64,000 bases of DNA. Origin: Eledone cirrhosa. Its lineage: Eukaryota. Shown in pieces: positions 25,624 through 38,985 of this stretch (position 1 is the first letter of the stretch; every line of letters begins with the position of its first letter). The position numbers and the translations under genes are program-made. The stretch lies in contig OZ024758.1 of the NCBI GenBank assembly GCA_964016885.1, forward strand, positions 32,426,001 through 32,490,000. Direction: 5' to 3'. The notes under the pieces were generated by a model. That model ran no database searches. It saw nothing but the letters and a program-made list of their open reading frames with translations, and was not told the DNA's origin.

Positions 25624-25821
25624 TCAGGGTAGACTGAAAAGTTCATAGGCTGACCATGAAGGAATAATGCTAGAGCTGCGAAATCTTGCATACATTAATT
25701 TCAACTGTTCTTATTAATAACTGCATTATTTCTTTCCAGGGACTATGTTGAAAAATATACATCATTTGGTCATTCTATTAGAGTATCTTGGTTAGCCTAT
25801 GAACTTTTCAACTGACCTTCA
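25624..25821. mobile_element. mariner-type MITE
   Basis: Imperfect TIRs AGGGTAGACTGAAAAGTTCATAGGCT / AGCCTATGAACTTTTCAACTGACCTT; relatives at ~35195-35320 and ~45128-45402. Confidence 0.65.
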
Positions 25822-26434
25822 TAGTTCCCAGGTACACAAATGTTTCATCTAGATGAAATTGTTATTGCTGGCATGTGTCATTGTCATTAGGTTCACTTTG
25901 CCTTTCATCCTCACCAGGTTGATGAAATAAAGTACCAGTAATGTACTGGAATAATTGCTGGCCTTGTGCCAAAGGTAGAAACAATTATTACTAAATTTTA
26001 CTTCAGATATCAGGACATAGTCTTTCTTTGTTAGCAGAGTGTGCTATCTTTATTTTATATTTTGATATTTATTGATAACCATTAGACAAAATATTGACGT
26101 TTTTACGTCTGGTTTCCCACACATGCACTTGACATGATCCTTTGTCCTCTCCTCTGTGAGTCTCAGTGATTTGAGGTCATCACAACCAATGCCCAGATCT
26201 TTCTTTTCTACATCTATTGTGGATTCCTTCCACTGGCATTTCCTGGTACTTATTCACCTAACAATCATTGTCCATACCAACACAGTTTTCCCTCCTGTAC
26301 ACCACCTCAGATTCCTCTTAAACCCATCTTCTCCTTCAAATTGTCCAAGTTCTGCCTTTCTCTCACACTTACATATCTAACTACAATATTAGCAATACAA
26401 ATTCATTTTCTCACTAGCTCATCATGATGTAGAA

Positions 26435-27131
26435 CAGAGGTTCTCAAACATTTCCCCCCTCCCTCCACCCTCACGACCACATAATACCCTCAGTGCTCCT
26501 ACCCCTATTTCCAGAGAGACCTACCTACTCACAAATTATAAATAATATATAATAAATAAAATCATTAATTTACAATCGTTTCTCTGGCGACCAGCTCGAG
26601 GCACGATCGATGTGATGATCGAAGCTGACTCTGCAATACATATATATCATCATCATCTACGTCCGCTTTTCCCTGCTTGCAAGGGTGGGACGGGAACTGA
26701 TTCTGGCTTGATTTCTACAGCTGGATCCCCTTCCTAACACCAACCTCATTTACAGTGAGTGCTGGGTGCTTTTTTGCCGTGGCACCTCCACGACCACTTT
26801 GCAGTGGAATGATAGGGACTCCAGTCCCTATCATCTCATTTCTACAGCTGAGTAAACTGGAGCAATGTGAAATAAAGTGTCTTGCTCAAGGAAACAACAC
26901 ATCACTCAGTCTGAGAATTGAACTCACAGCCTTTCGATTGCAAAGCTATAACAAATAACATAATATATACTATGTATAAATAAATATTATATATATATTT
27001 TTTTACTATATTTATATATAATATGTATCATTTGATATCTAATATACTATTATATCATCTCTGCAGCCCCCCGAACCTTCTTAATGCCTCCCAGGGGAGG
27101 GGGCAGGTAGCACCCACTTTAAGAACCTCTG
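26435..27131. mobile_element. hAT-type MITE with nested family A SINE (~26648-26944, minus)
   Basis: TIR CAGAGGTTCT...AGAACCTCTG; 8-bp TSD ATGTAGAA/ATGTAGAG. Confidence 0.8.
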
Positions 27132-27642
27132 ATGTAGAGGAAGGAGCTATTTTAACATATGATACCCATATAACATAAAAAAACAACTCCAGATAGAAAA
27201 ACATTATTTGGAAATTAGCCATCTTATATAGAAATCCCTACTAATACATAATACAGAAGATTAATTGTGGAAGCTATATTAATAAGAAAATCTAAGGCAA
27301 ATATCCAGAAAGTGATAGAACACTCTAGTAACAAACAAAGATCATTTCCTGATTCCTGAAAGAAATTTAAAATTAATAGTCAAAATTTAATATCCAGCAA
27401 TAATGACATAACACATCAATTATATGATTGTCATTTACTATAAAATGGCAATAACAGGCTCACGTGACTTTATCCTGTAGATTACGCTGTAAAAATATAG
27501 AAACTAAGAATTTTACTGTTCTGAGCAAAATGTAAAAGAGACTGATTAGAAAGAACAAATAATAAAAACAACAACCCATTATACATTTAGTCGCTCATCT
27601 TTTTAATTATATATCATCATTATTTAACATCCGCTATCCCAT

Positions 27643-27673
<31 letters not shown>

Positions 27674-27680
<7 letters not shown>

Positions 27681-27775
27681 GGGCAGGAACTAAGTATCAA
27701 TATAACATCATTATGTTTATTCGTGTGAATAAATATAATGATGTTATATTGATACTTAGTTCCTGCCGTTTATTA
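27674..27775. repeat. Near-perfect hairpin (~49-bp arms, GTGT loop) in (AAT)n
   Basis: Direct reverse-complement match. Confidence 0.9.
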
Positions 27776-27940
27776 TATTATTATTATTATTATTATTAAC
27801 ACTCTGCTTCTTAAAGATACCGACTATGGTGAAATACCAAACGTAGAATTCCACTTCAGCAGCCAAACCCAAATATTAGCATTGCATGCTCAAAATCGTG
27901 AATCATCAGTAACTAAACATTATACATCAATAACCTGAAT

Positions 27941-28268
27941 GGAGGCATATGGCTTAGTGGTTAGAGCATTGGCCTTGCAATCGAAAGGTTGTGAGTTCAA
28001 TTCTCAGACCGGGTGATGTGTTGTTTCCTTGAGCAAGACACTTTATTTCACATTGCTCCAGTTTACTCAGCTGTAGAAATGAGATGATAGGGACTGGGAT
28101 CCATATCATTCCACTGCAAAGTGGTCGTGGAGGTGACACGGCAAAAAAGCACCCAGCACTCACTGTAAATGAGGTTGGTGTTAGGAAGGGCATCCAGCTG
28201 TAGAAATCAAGCCAGTATCAGTTCCCATCCCACCCTTGCAAGCAGGGAAAAGCGGATGTAAAATGAAA
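27941..28268 (+). mobile_element. tRNA-derived CORE-like SINE (family A)
   Basis: Matches the 5879-6218 copy. Confidence 0.85.
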
Positions 28269-28282
28269 CTAACTAAAACTAA

Positions 28283-28308
<26 letters not shown>

Positions 28309-28316
<8 letters not shown>

Positions 28317-28510
28317 AACAAAAGATGGTTAAAAGAGTTCCATGTATTTTATTATGCGCATTTCAAAAACAAATATCATCATGCAATAATATTTGTGTTT
28401 TTATCAGATAAAACAGGAAGACATGATATGAAGGTTAAAGACACTTGTGGATAGTGCAGTTTTAAATCAACATACATGGAACTCTTTTAACCATCTTTTG
28501 TTCTTATATA
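28309..28510. repeat. Inverted repeat (~38-bp arms, ~125-bp spacer) at (TA)n
   Basis: TATATAAGAACAAAAGATGGTTAAAAGAGTTCCATGTA and its reverse complement. Confidence 0.85.
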
Positions 28511-28727
28511 TTATGTATACTCCAGTCCTACAAACTGTAGAGTGCTTCTTATCCAATATCTGCATTGCTTTATTGTACTACAATAAAACTCACCTCCTAC
28601 ATATATATACATATATATACATACGAGAGAGAGAGAGAGAGAGGAGATAGAGAGAACTGGTGCCATGATTAGATACACCCAGAACACACTGTGAATGAAC
28701 AGAAACAACACCTTTAGTTGTGCCAAG

Positions 28728-31004
28728 AATATGACAAACTCTATAGTTGCTAGTGCTAGCAATATGACATACTCTATAGTTGCTAGTGCTAGCAATATGA
28801 CATACTCTATTGTTGCTAGTGCTAGCAATATGACATACTCTATTGTTGCTAGTGCTAGCAATATGACATACTCTATAGTTGCTAGTGCTAGCAATATGAC
28901 ATACTCTATAGTTGCTAGTGCTAGCAATATGACAAACTCTATAGTTGCTAGTGCTAGCAATATGACATACTCTATAGTTGCTAGTGCTAGCAATATGACA
29001 TACTCTATTGTTGCTAGTGCTAGCAATATGACATACTCTATAGTTGCTAGTGCTAGCAATATGACATACTCTATAGTTGCTAGTGCTAGCAATATGACAT
29101 ACTCTACAGTTGCTAGTGCTAGCAATATGACATACTCTATAGTTGCTAGTGCTAGCAATATGACATACTCTGTAGTTGCTAGTGCTAGCAATATGACATA
29201 CTCTATAGTTGCTAGTGCTGGCAATATGACATACTCTACAGTTGCTAGTGCTAGCAATATGACATACTCTATACTTGCTAGTGCTATCAATATGACATAC
29301 TCTATAGTTGCTAGTGCTAGCAATATGACATACTCTATTGTTGCTAGTGCTAGCAATATGACATACTCTATAGTTGCTAGTGCTAGCAATATGACATACT
29401 CTATAGTTGCTAGTGCTAGCAATATGACATACTCTACAGTTGCTAGTGCTAGCAATATGACATACTCTATACTTGCTAGTGCTATCAATATGACATACTC
29501 TATAGTTGCTAGTGCTAGCAATATGACATACTCTATAGTTGCTAGTCCTAGCAATATGACAAACTCTATAGTTGCTAGTGCTAGCAATATGACATACTCT
29601 ATAGTTGCTAGTGCTAGCAATATGACAAACTCTATAGTTGCTAGTGCTAGCAATATGACATACTCTATAGTTGCTAGTGCTAGCAATATGACATACTCTG
29701 TAGTTGCTAGTGCTAGCAATATGACAAATTCTATAGTTGCTAGTGCTAGCAATATGACATACACTATAGTTGCTAGTGCTAGCAATATGACATACTCTAT
29801 AGTTGTTAGTGCTAGCAATATGACATACTCTATAGTTGCTAGTGCTAGTAATATGACAAACTCTATAGTTGCTAGTGCTGGCAATATGACATACTCTATA
29901 GTTGATAGTGCTAGCAATATGACATACTCTATAGTTGCTAGTGCTAGCAATATGACATACTCTATAGTTGCTAGTGCTAGCAATATGACATACTCTGTAG
30001 TTGCTAGTGCTAGCAATATGACATACTCTATAGTTGCTAGTGCTAGCAATATGACATACTCTATAGTTGCTAGTGCTAGCAATATGACATACTCTATAGT
30101 TGCTAGTGCTAGCAATATGACATACTCTATAGTTGCTAGTGCTAGCAATATGACATACTCTATAGTTGCTAGTGCTAGCAATATGACAAACTCTATAGTT
30201 GCTAGTGCTAGCAATATGACAAACTCTATAGTTGCTAGTGCTAGCAATATGACATACTCTATAGTTGCTAGTGATAGCAATATGACATACTCTATAGTTG
30301 CTAGTGCTAGCAATATGACATACACTATAGTTGCTAGTGCTAGCAATATGACAAACTCTATAGTTGCTAGTGCTAGCAATATGACATACTCTATAGTTGC
30401 TAGTGCTAGCAATATGACATACTCTGTAGTTGCTAGTGCTAGCAATATGACATACTCTATAGTTGCTAGTGCTAGCAATATGACATACTCTATAGTTGCT
30501 AGTGCTAGCAATATGACATACTCTATAGTTGCTAGTGCTAGCAATATGACAAACTCTATAGTTGCTAGTGCTAGCAATATGACATACTCTATAGTTGCTA
30601 GTGCTAGCAATATGACATACTCTATAGTTGCTAGTGCTAGCAATATGACAAACTCTATAGTTGCTAGTGCTAGCAATATGACAAACTCTATAGTTGCTAG
30701 TGCTAGCAATATGACATACTCTATAGTTGCTAGTGCTAGCAATATGACATACTCTATAGTTGCTAGTGCTAGCAATATGACATACTCTATAGTTGCTAGT
30801 GCTAGCAATATGACATACTCTATAGTTGCTAGTGCTAGCAATATGACAAACTCTATAGTTGCTAGTGCTAGCAATATGACATACTCTATAGTTGCTAGTG
30901 ATAGCAATATGACATACTCTATAGTTGCTAGTGCTAGCAATATGACAAACTCTATAGTTGCTAGTGCTAGCAATATGACAAACTCTATAGTTGCTTGTGC
31001 TAGC
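28728..31004. repeat. 33-bp minisatellite, 69 copies (AATATGACATACTCTATAGTTGCTAGTGCTAGC)
   Basis: 2277 bp = 69 x 33; very homogeneous; flanks are halves of an AAGGGCATCC-type retro-tail. Confidence 0.98.
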
Positions 31005-33412
31005 ATAACATGCACCAAGTAGTTTTGGAAAGTGACTGCTGATAGGAAGGGCATCCAATTATAGAAAACATGCTGAAAATAGAATTTATGATTGAGATGT
31101 GATCTCTAATCTATTTGTGCGAGTGTGGGGAGAGAGAGGTAACTCTGAATAGGAATATATTCGCTCATGATAACACCAGAGTAACAAGATTCAGCAGTTA
31201 GCCACAATAAAGAATATCATCATCATCACCATTTAACGTCCATTTCTCATGCTAACATGGGTTAGATGTGTAGTTGTGAATGAAACCAGGTCAGATGACC
31301 ATGTCTTGCTCATACAAAACTTGGTTTCTTTGGCTTGGTTTCTATGGCAGGATGCCCTTCCAAATGCCGACCACATTTACAGTATGTACTTTTTGTCATG
31401 ATATATATGTATGTATATATACGCACACAATAAGTATGCTTATATTGAAATGCAGATGTGTTTTTTCTGCCATTCCTTCCTCTTCTCTTTCTATTTTATC
31501 TTTATTTCTAACTTTATCTTACAATGAAGGACTAGTATCTGAAATGTTAAGACTCTTTTCACGCATTAAACTAATATATTTCTCCAATGTACTGTTTTGT
31601 TTGTTTACCTTTTACACACACACACATATATATAAACATACTTATCTGAAAATAAATGATAATTGATTAAAAGCCTAAAAATACATTAGTGAGGAGTATA
31701 TTTTACAAAATGCGTTGTCTGAATTCTATAAAATTGATCGCTAATAAGAATTAGTTTTTCAGTTATTTTTCATTTACTGCCTGTAGAGAAATCATGACAA
31801 TTTCCACAGATCTCAATTTAAAATTCCATAGAAATATTGTTTTGGCACTAGTTATTCATTACTTAAGACAGAATTATATTTGTTTAATAATGTAATCTAA
31901 CATTCCTAAATGGGATGTTTATGTAATAAACAAAAACAACTTTATATCATCAATTGATATGTTTTCTGCAGAATCGGATGAGAAAATGACTACAGTTTAT
32001 TTTAAAAAAAATGCTATGTAGTAAATGAAGAAACTTAAAGAACTCATATAAATTATATTCAATAATAAAACAATAACTCTTCACAAGATCAACAATGTTG
32101 AACTTATAGTACACTGGCAAGTTATAGATACCTGCTTGATAATCATTATCATTGTTTAATGTTAATTTTTCCATGCTAGCATGGGTTAAATGAGTTGTCC
32201 CACTGTGAGACAAACCAAATCAGATGACCATGTCTTGCTCATATAGGACTGATTTTGGCTTGGTTTCTATGGCTGGATACCCTTCCTAATGCTAACCACA
32301 TTTACAGTGTGTATTGGGTGCTTTTTGACACCTACAGGACCACTTTACAGTGTGATTAATCTATATTTTCTATATGAGTGTTATATACAAAGTTCTCAGA
32401 CAGTCAATATAAGTCAACTAACTGTGAAAGAATCTAGAAATAAATAAAAATGTGAATTATAAAACTGTTAGCTGATTAGTTATTTCAAGGTACTCTGCTG
32501 TATTTGTGTGAGAGAGCAACAGCCATCAATTTACCAATGTCCTAAGAACCAACAAATTAAGGCAACATCCAACAAAATGGAATCACAAGCTGTCAACCAG
32601 TTGTTTACAATCTGTTTTCCTTTTTTTATGTAAAGATGAGAAATGTGTTCTAGTTTAATACATGAGAAATGTGTTCTAGTTTTCCTCGCAATTAATGAAT
32701 ATTGAATTATTAAATTAAGACGAATGTCACATAAATATCAAATTATTTTAACCAAATTGCTTAAATGGAGATGAATTCTTCTCACTGTTCCTGGAACTAA
32801 TAACAGTCATTAAACATAAAAGAAGCTTAACTTAAAAATGACATTCAACTATAGATCAACACTAAATAAAAGTGTAAACTGATGATTTCTGTTTGTGAAA
32901 AAATACAACAGTAAAATACAATTAACAGAACTAATTAAAATACAGACAATTGCTTAAAATATTATTAGTGAAAAAGCTTATAATATTAACATAATTTCAT
33001 AGAAAACAAACTAGTCTATTCTGTAACTGGCTTGATAATATAACTGAAATAAAATTTAATATTTAATGTAGAGATACTGGGTTTGATATTATAGCACAAG
33101 GAAAAAAATGACAGAAAAAAAACTTTATTTGTAAATAATACAACAAATATAAATTAGTTAAGTTAACAGATGAGAAGTATTTTTCTTATCAGAAGATAAT
33201 AGAAAAATATAGGCAAATATACTTTAAATAGAAAAGATGGAGTGTGAAACAAGATAAGAAATTTGTTAAGATTGGACAAGAATGAAGATAGTTAAACTGA
33301 ATTATTTTACTTACTTAAATTTTTTTTGAAAAGATTAATCATTATAAAGGAATTTATTTATTTCAACTGAAAATATCATTGTTGTTTAAGTGAGAAAGAA
33401 TAAAATGCTTAC

Positions 33413-33548
33413 TTGTGTTTCAGCAATAAAGTTCTGAGAACATTGCCTTTGTCTTCTGGCTGAATAAGATCATATATATCCATCTGCTCAACAATATTAT
33501 GAGCAATTGACTTTAAATCAGTACTTTCCAAATCTAGTAAAAACACAC
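33413..33548 (-). CDS. SLC4A2: SLC4 anion exchanger (AE2-like), coding exon 8
   Basis: ttttcag|...|gtaagc; GVFLLDLESTDLKSIAHNIVEQMDIYDLIQPEDKGNVLRTLLLKH matches the band 3 cytoplasmic domain; phase 1-2. Confidence 0.95.
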
Positions 33549-33604
33549 CTGAAAATACAAAAGGTGTGATAGAGAAACAATGTTAATAAATAGGACCTAT
33601 TCAT

Positions 33605-34170
33605 ATTAGCAACACAACACATTATCAACAATAAGTTGTTAGCAACACAACACAACATATTATCAACAATAAACTGTTAGCAACCCAACACAACACATTA
33701 TCAACAATATGTTGTTAGCAACACAATACAACACAACACATTATCAACAATAAGTTGTTAGCAACACAATACAACACATTATCAACAATAAGTTGTTAGC
33801 AACACAACACATTATCAACAATATGTTGTTAGCAACACAACACAACAAATTATCAACAAAAAACTGTTAGCTACACAACACATTATCAACAATAAGCTGT
33901 TAGTAACACAACACAACACAACACATTATCAACAATAAGTTGTTAGCAACACAACACAACGCATTACCAACAATAAACTGTTAGCAACACAACACATTAT
34001 CAACAATAAGTTGTTAGCAACACAACACAACACATTATCAACAATAAACTGTTAGCAACACAACACATTACCAACAATAAACTGTTAGCAACACAACACA
34101 TTATCAACAATAAGTTATTAGCAACACAACTCAACAAATTATCAACAATAAGCTGTTAGCAACACAACAA
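33605..34170. repeat. Variable-unit minisatellite (TTAGCAACAC[AACAC]nATTATCAACAATAAGTTG)
   Basis: About 15 units of 33/38/43 bp, differing by 5-bp AACAC steps. Confidence 0.92.
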
Positions 34171-35678
34171 ACCACCAGTCAGAAATTAATGTTTTGAAAA
34201 TTATTGAATGTTTAATAAATATGCCAAAGTTTGAAATTTTATGAGAAAATATCTTTTTAAGTATAAATGTAAGAAATCAACAAAAGTTTTTTAAAAAAAC
34301 CCAACAATATCTTCACCCCTTTGTACTTGACTATTTCATGTCATATATTTTACAATATGTAAATGGAGGTGGGAGGCTCACCACCACCATTTAATGTCCA
34401 CACTAGCATGGGTTAAACATCATCATCATTTTATATTTGCTTTTGCAAGCAAGAAAAAGCAAATGATGATGATGATTTGTGATAGTATAATCAAGGCTTG
34501 AAAGAACCCTGAGTTCCCACGACCATGTTGGTTATGAAACATATGACATGAAATAGCCAAGTAGAAAGTGGTCAGGATATTTAAGAAAAGTGACAAATGT
34601 TAAAATTGTATATCATCCAGTCAAAAGAAGGTATTTCTTCACAAGAGAGTTTTAGGTGTTGGAGAAAACTCCAAAAGTGTAGTATATGAATTCAATCTGA
34701 TTAGTAGAGTTAACTTCATCTTTTATCGATAAAACTACCAATCAAATACTGGGGCTCATTGAATTAATTCATAAATTAATCTTCCAAAATATATATCAGA
34801 CCTGTCAACTCTCCCCGTCCGCTCTCCTTTGGGGTGGGTGAGAGATGTCTTCTCTTGTGAAAATGGGTATAGCTTTCATTATGTAAAATCTCCCCATTTT
34901 GTGGAACTTTTGTTCATGGCACTCCTCATTTGGGTTTTTAGAGGTTGGCAGGTCTGATATGGTGGATTGGTAAAAGTGTTAGAGTGCTGGTCAAAATTCT
35001 TTGTAGCATTTGATCCAGCTCTTTATATTCTGAGTTCAAATGCCACTGAGGTTAACTTTTATTCTTATCCTTACTTGGTTGATAAAATAAAACCCCAGTC
35101 AAGTATTGGGGTCAATGTAATCAACTTATCCCTTATCCTAAAATTGCTGGTCTTGTACCTAAACTAGAAATCCTTATTTTATTTATACATAAAGACGAGG
35201 TCTGTCTGAAAAGTTGATAGGCTGACTATGAAGGAGAGATGCAAGTGCTGTGAAATCTTGCTTGCATTAATTTCAACTCTTCTTATTAATAACTGCATTG
35301 TTTCTTTCCAGGGACTATGTTTTTATTTTATTGGTCCCATGAGGATGAAAGGCAAAGCTAATCTTGTTGGGATTTGAACTCAGAATGTAAAAGGCCATAA
35401 CTATATGCTGCAAAGCATGTTGTCCAACACTCTACTGATACTGCCAATCGACAAGAATGTAATAATAAAAAGAATATAAATGTCTTGAGAATTTAAGAGT
35501 TGCTTCCAATATTTTAGTTTTAGGTGTGGCTAAATGTAGAAAATAAGCTGTAGAGATTAGGTGATAATGTTTATAATCTTAAGCTAAGAGTAAAAGGTGT
35601 GAGGTGATAAAGTGTGTAAAATCAAATAAAATTCAATACACAAGGAAGCTATTAAATAAAAGATAAATTAAATATAAT

Positions 35679-36026
35679 GGAGGCACATGGCTTAGTGGTT
35701 AGAGCCTTGCAATCGAAAGGTTGTGAGTTCAATTCTCAGACCGGGTGATGTGTTGTTTGTCTTGGGAAAGACACTTTATTTCACATTGCTCCAGTTTACT
35801 CAGCTGTAGAAAAAATGAGATGATAGGGACCCCAGTCCCTATCATTCCACTGCAAAGTGGTCGTGGTGGTGCCACGGCAAAAAAGGACCCAGCACTCACT
35901 GTAAATGAGGTTAGTGTTAGGAAGGGCATCCAGCTGTAGAAATCAAGCCAGAATCAGTTCCCGTCCCACCCTTGCAAGCAGGGAAAAGCGGACGTAAAAT
36001 GAAATGATGATGAATGATGATGATGA
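35679..36026 (+). mobile_element. tRNA-derived CORE-like SINE (family A)
   Basis: Matches the 5879-6218 copy. Confidence 0.85.
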
Positions 36027-36199
36027 TAACATAACAAAAATCAACAAATATTTGTTGCTTATCAAGTGTTATGAAATATTTACTAATAATAAAGTGGGTT
36101 AATTTTCATATGAAGGGAAAGTGAGCAGAAAAACATGTTTGACTTCATCAGCATTAAAATTTACTCATTTGAAAATACAAGGGAATATACTTAGTAAAA

Positions 36200-36378
36200 T
36201 AATTTTCTACTTTTGGCACAAGGCCAGCAAATCACCCAGTATATTACTGATACTTTATTTTATCGACCCCGTAAGGATGAAAGGCAAAGTTAACCTCGGC
36301 GGGATTTGAACTCAGACCGTAAAAGGACGTAACTATGCTAGAAAGCATGGCGTCCAACCCTCTACCGATACTGCCAAT
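36200..36378 (-). mobile_element. tRNA-derived SINE (family B)
   Basis: Reverse complement of 55805-55988. Confidence 0.85.
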
Positions 36379-36445
36379 AGTAAAATAATACAAGGAAGCT
36401 AGAGAAACAGTGAAATAAATTTCATGTTGTGAGGAATACACCTAC

Positions 36446-36632
36446 CTTGTTCAAGCCCTTTTCGAAGTTCTATTAAGCTATGAAAAGACAATGAAGCTAC
36501 ATGAGGTTTGCCCCATCTCTCTGCACCTTCTTCAACATCTTCTTCAAATTTGATCCAACGAGCCTTCTCTCTCCATTCCCAGTCCCAATCATTTTGGTCT
36601 CCAACATGAAGTTCATCAAGTTCTACAAAGAG
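36446..36632 (-). CDS. SLC4A2: SLC4 anion exchanger (AE2-like), coding exon 7
   Basis: gtgcag|...|gtagg; LFVELDEL...[38 protein letters not shown] is the SLC4 signature; phase 0-1. Confidence 0.97.
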
Positions 36633-37179
36633 CTGCACAAAACCAGCAAATAAATTGAAATTTTACAAAGAAGGGAAAAATAAATATTGCTAATAACAAT
36701 AGTAATAAAATGTATGTTAACGTCAATGACAAATTAAGATGAGAAGAAGCTAGCCATTGCCAGTTGAGAAGAGTTGGCCATTTATTTTTTTATATGGCAG
36801 TGTTCATAAGTATTCTCAGGGTCTTGTGATTAGTGGAGGTTACCTTCAGAGTAGACCTGAATGCTTGCAATAAAATTGGACAGCTAAAAGTACTCAAGAG
36901 CAAAGTGGTGGTGATAAAGTCTACTATCTAAAAATATGAACAGTCCCTATGACAGATTTCCATACAGTTTTCACCTACTTCCCTCATAACGCTTTGATAG
37001 AAGACTTGTTCAAAATGCCACACTGGGATTGAACTCTAATTCATACAGCTGCAGAACAAACTTCTTAACCACACAGCCATGCATTTGCTGCTAAGTGGTT
37101 AGGTTGTTTTAGCAAGATAATCAGAAAAACTCAAACTCAGTGCTGTCATATCAACAATCATTATCAATGTCACTTTATG

Positions 37180-37294
37180 ATCTGAGTTCAAATCCCGCCG
37201 AGGTTGACTTTGCCTTTCATCCTTACGGGGTCGATAAAATAAAGTACCAGTAATGCACTGGGTAATTGGTGGCCTTGTGCCTAAAGTAGAAACA
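37180..37294 (+). mobile_element. 5'-truncated family B SINE with 20-bp TSD
   Basis: TSD ATTATCAATGTCACTTTATG at 37160-37179 and 37295-37314. Confidence 0.9.
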
Positions 37295-38320
37295 ATTATC
37301 AATGTCACTTTATGTTCACTTTTTCATGCTTGCATGAGCATGAATTATATGGATATTGTCTAATACAATTAGTTGCAGTCCTTCATAAGGTTCAATTTCT
37401 TGAGCTAGGTTTTCTTTACTTCTTCCCAAATCTTTTTTTGGGTTTTCTTTCCACTTGGATTTACACTTTAATACTCCATATGACATTAAACATTTTTCAA
37501 ATTCCAGTATTAGTCATAATTTAGTAATAAAACATCATATTGTGTGACCAGTGATTGAAAAATAACTATTAAGCTCAATATTATTGAATCTATATATAAA
37601 TTTCTTGATTCTGTCACAACATATAAAGAGAGAGAAGTATTTGACTACCTCATACTACTCCTCTCTCTTTACATCTGCTGCCTGTGTGAATGTATGTATG
37701 TGTAAAAGGAAGGAAGGAAGGAAGGGGTGGTGAAAAAACTATAGCAAAATAGCAGCTGGCCTTCTATTTGTTATGCTGTGTATGTTTGTGTGAATGTGTG
37801 TGTGTAAGTGTGTCTGTGTTTGTGTGAATGCATGTGTGTATTTGTGTGAATGTGTGTCTGTGTGTGTGTGTTTGTGTGAGTGTGTGTTTGTAAGTGTGTC
37901 TGTGTTTACACGTTTATATTTATATACTCATACATATAAATGTATGCATATGCACATACACACATGCACACACATAAACACACGTCAGCATGTTGAAAAA
38001 AATCCTAGTATATTTTTGTAAAGTATATTTTAATCTTCAACTGTAAATATGTATTATTACTAGGATTGTAACATTTTCAATTAATAAATAACATACTGTA
38101 AGATAAACAGTATCTTTGAATCTCTTCTATGAAATCATAGAAAGTAGTCCACAGATTTATGGTTTATTTATTTGGCAAATAATGGCAAACTTCTGATTTT
38201 CAGTTTAATAAACAGAGAAATATTTATGTCTTTAAACAGTTTATATAAATGTCTAGCCAAGATAATGCAAAATAGAAGATATTAAAAACAACTGTTTCTC
38301 ATATAATTAATATATCTCAC

Positions 38321-38469
38321 CTCATGTGGACTATGGTCAAACTTTTTCTTTGGCTTTAAAATTTTCTTCTTTAATTTTTCTGTCTTGCTGAGGTGTACAA
38401 CGGATGCTATTGCACTATGTTTAGCAATTTTGTGTCTTCTGATACCTCTCACATCACCCCATCGATGAC
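38321..38469 (-). CDS. SLC4A2: SLC4 anion exchanger (AE2-like), coding exon 6
   Basis: gaacag|...|gtgag; SHRWGDVRGIRRHKI...FDHSPHE matches AE2 SHRFEDVPGVRRHL...PHE; phase 1-0. Confidence 0.95.
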
Positions 38470-38714
38470 CTGTTCACATAATTAAATCAAAATATGAGTA
38501 ATTTTTTTTAAAAATTGTTAATCACAAGCAATATATTAATTCTTAAGGCCCTGTACTCTGAAGACTCTTCAGAGGAACCTCATTTCGGCTGCTTGTATTC
38601 GCAATTGTATTCTTTCAGTCATTCCCCAAGATTCATGACCATAAGTAAGGGTTGGCACAAATACCGAATGAAAATAGCTTTTACGCCTACCCCTTGTTCT
38701 GATTACAAGCTCAG

Positions 38715-38985
38715 AGATAATAAAGTTGGTCTAGGTAGAGCTGCTACTTCTCCTACTTGAGAGAGCACAGCTCTGATATTATGGGCAAAACCAACCAGTA
38801 GAAGACCCAGGAGTAGACCACGAGCAAGATGGTTGGATAACATCCATGCCCTTGGCTGGTATGACTTGGGGATCCAGCCGGATCTGTTGGAGACAGTTGC
38901 TTCTGATAGGACCTGATAGAAGGAGTGTTTGAGGACTTTATCCCCATAAACCTCCCAGGAATACATAGGCGAAGAAGAGGAAGAG
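38715..38985 (+). mobile_element. Decayed RTE-clade 3' fragment (relative at ~45640-45960)
   Basis: AKPTSRRPRSRPRARWLDNI-like translation; purine triplet tail. Confidence 0.5.

Noticed and set aside
28511-31058. 775-, 822- and 847-aa ORFs as real genes
   Set aside because: They are frames of a stop-poor 33-bp repeat inside an SLC4 intron and a retro-tail, with almost no unique coding sequence.
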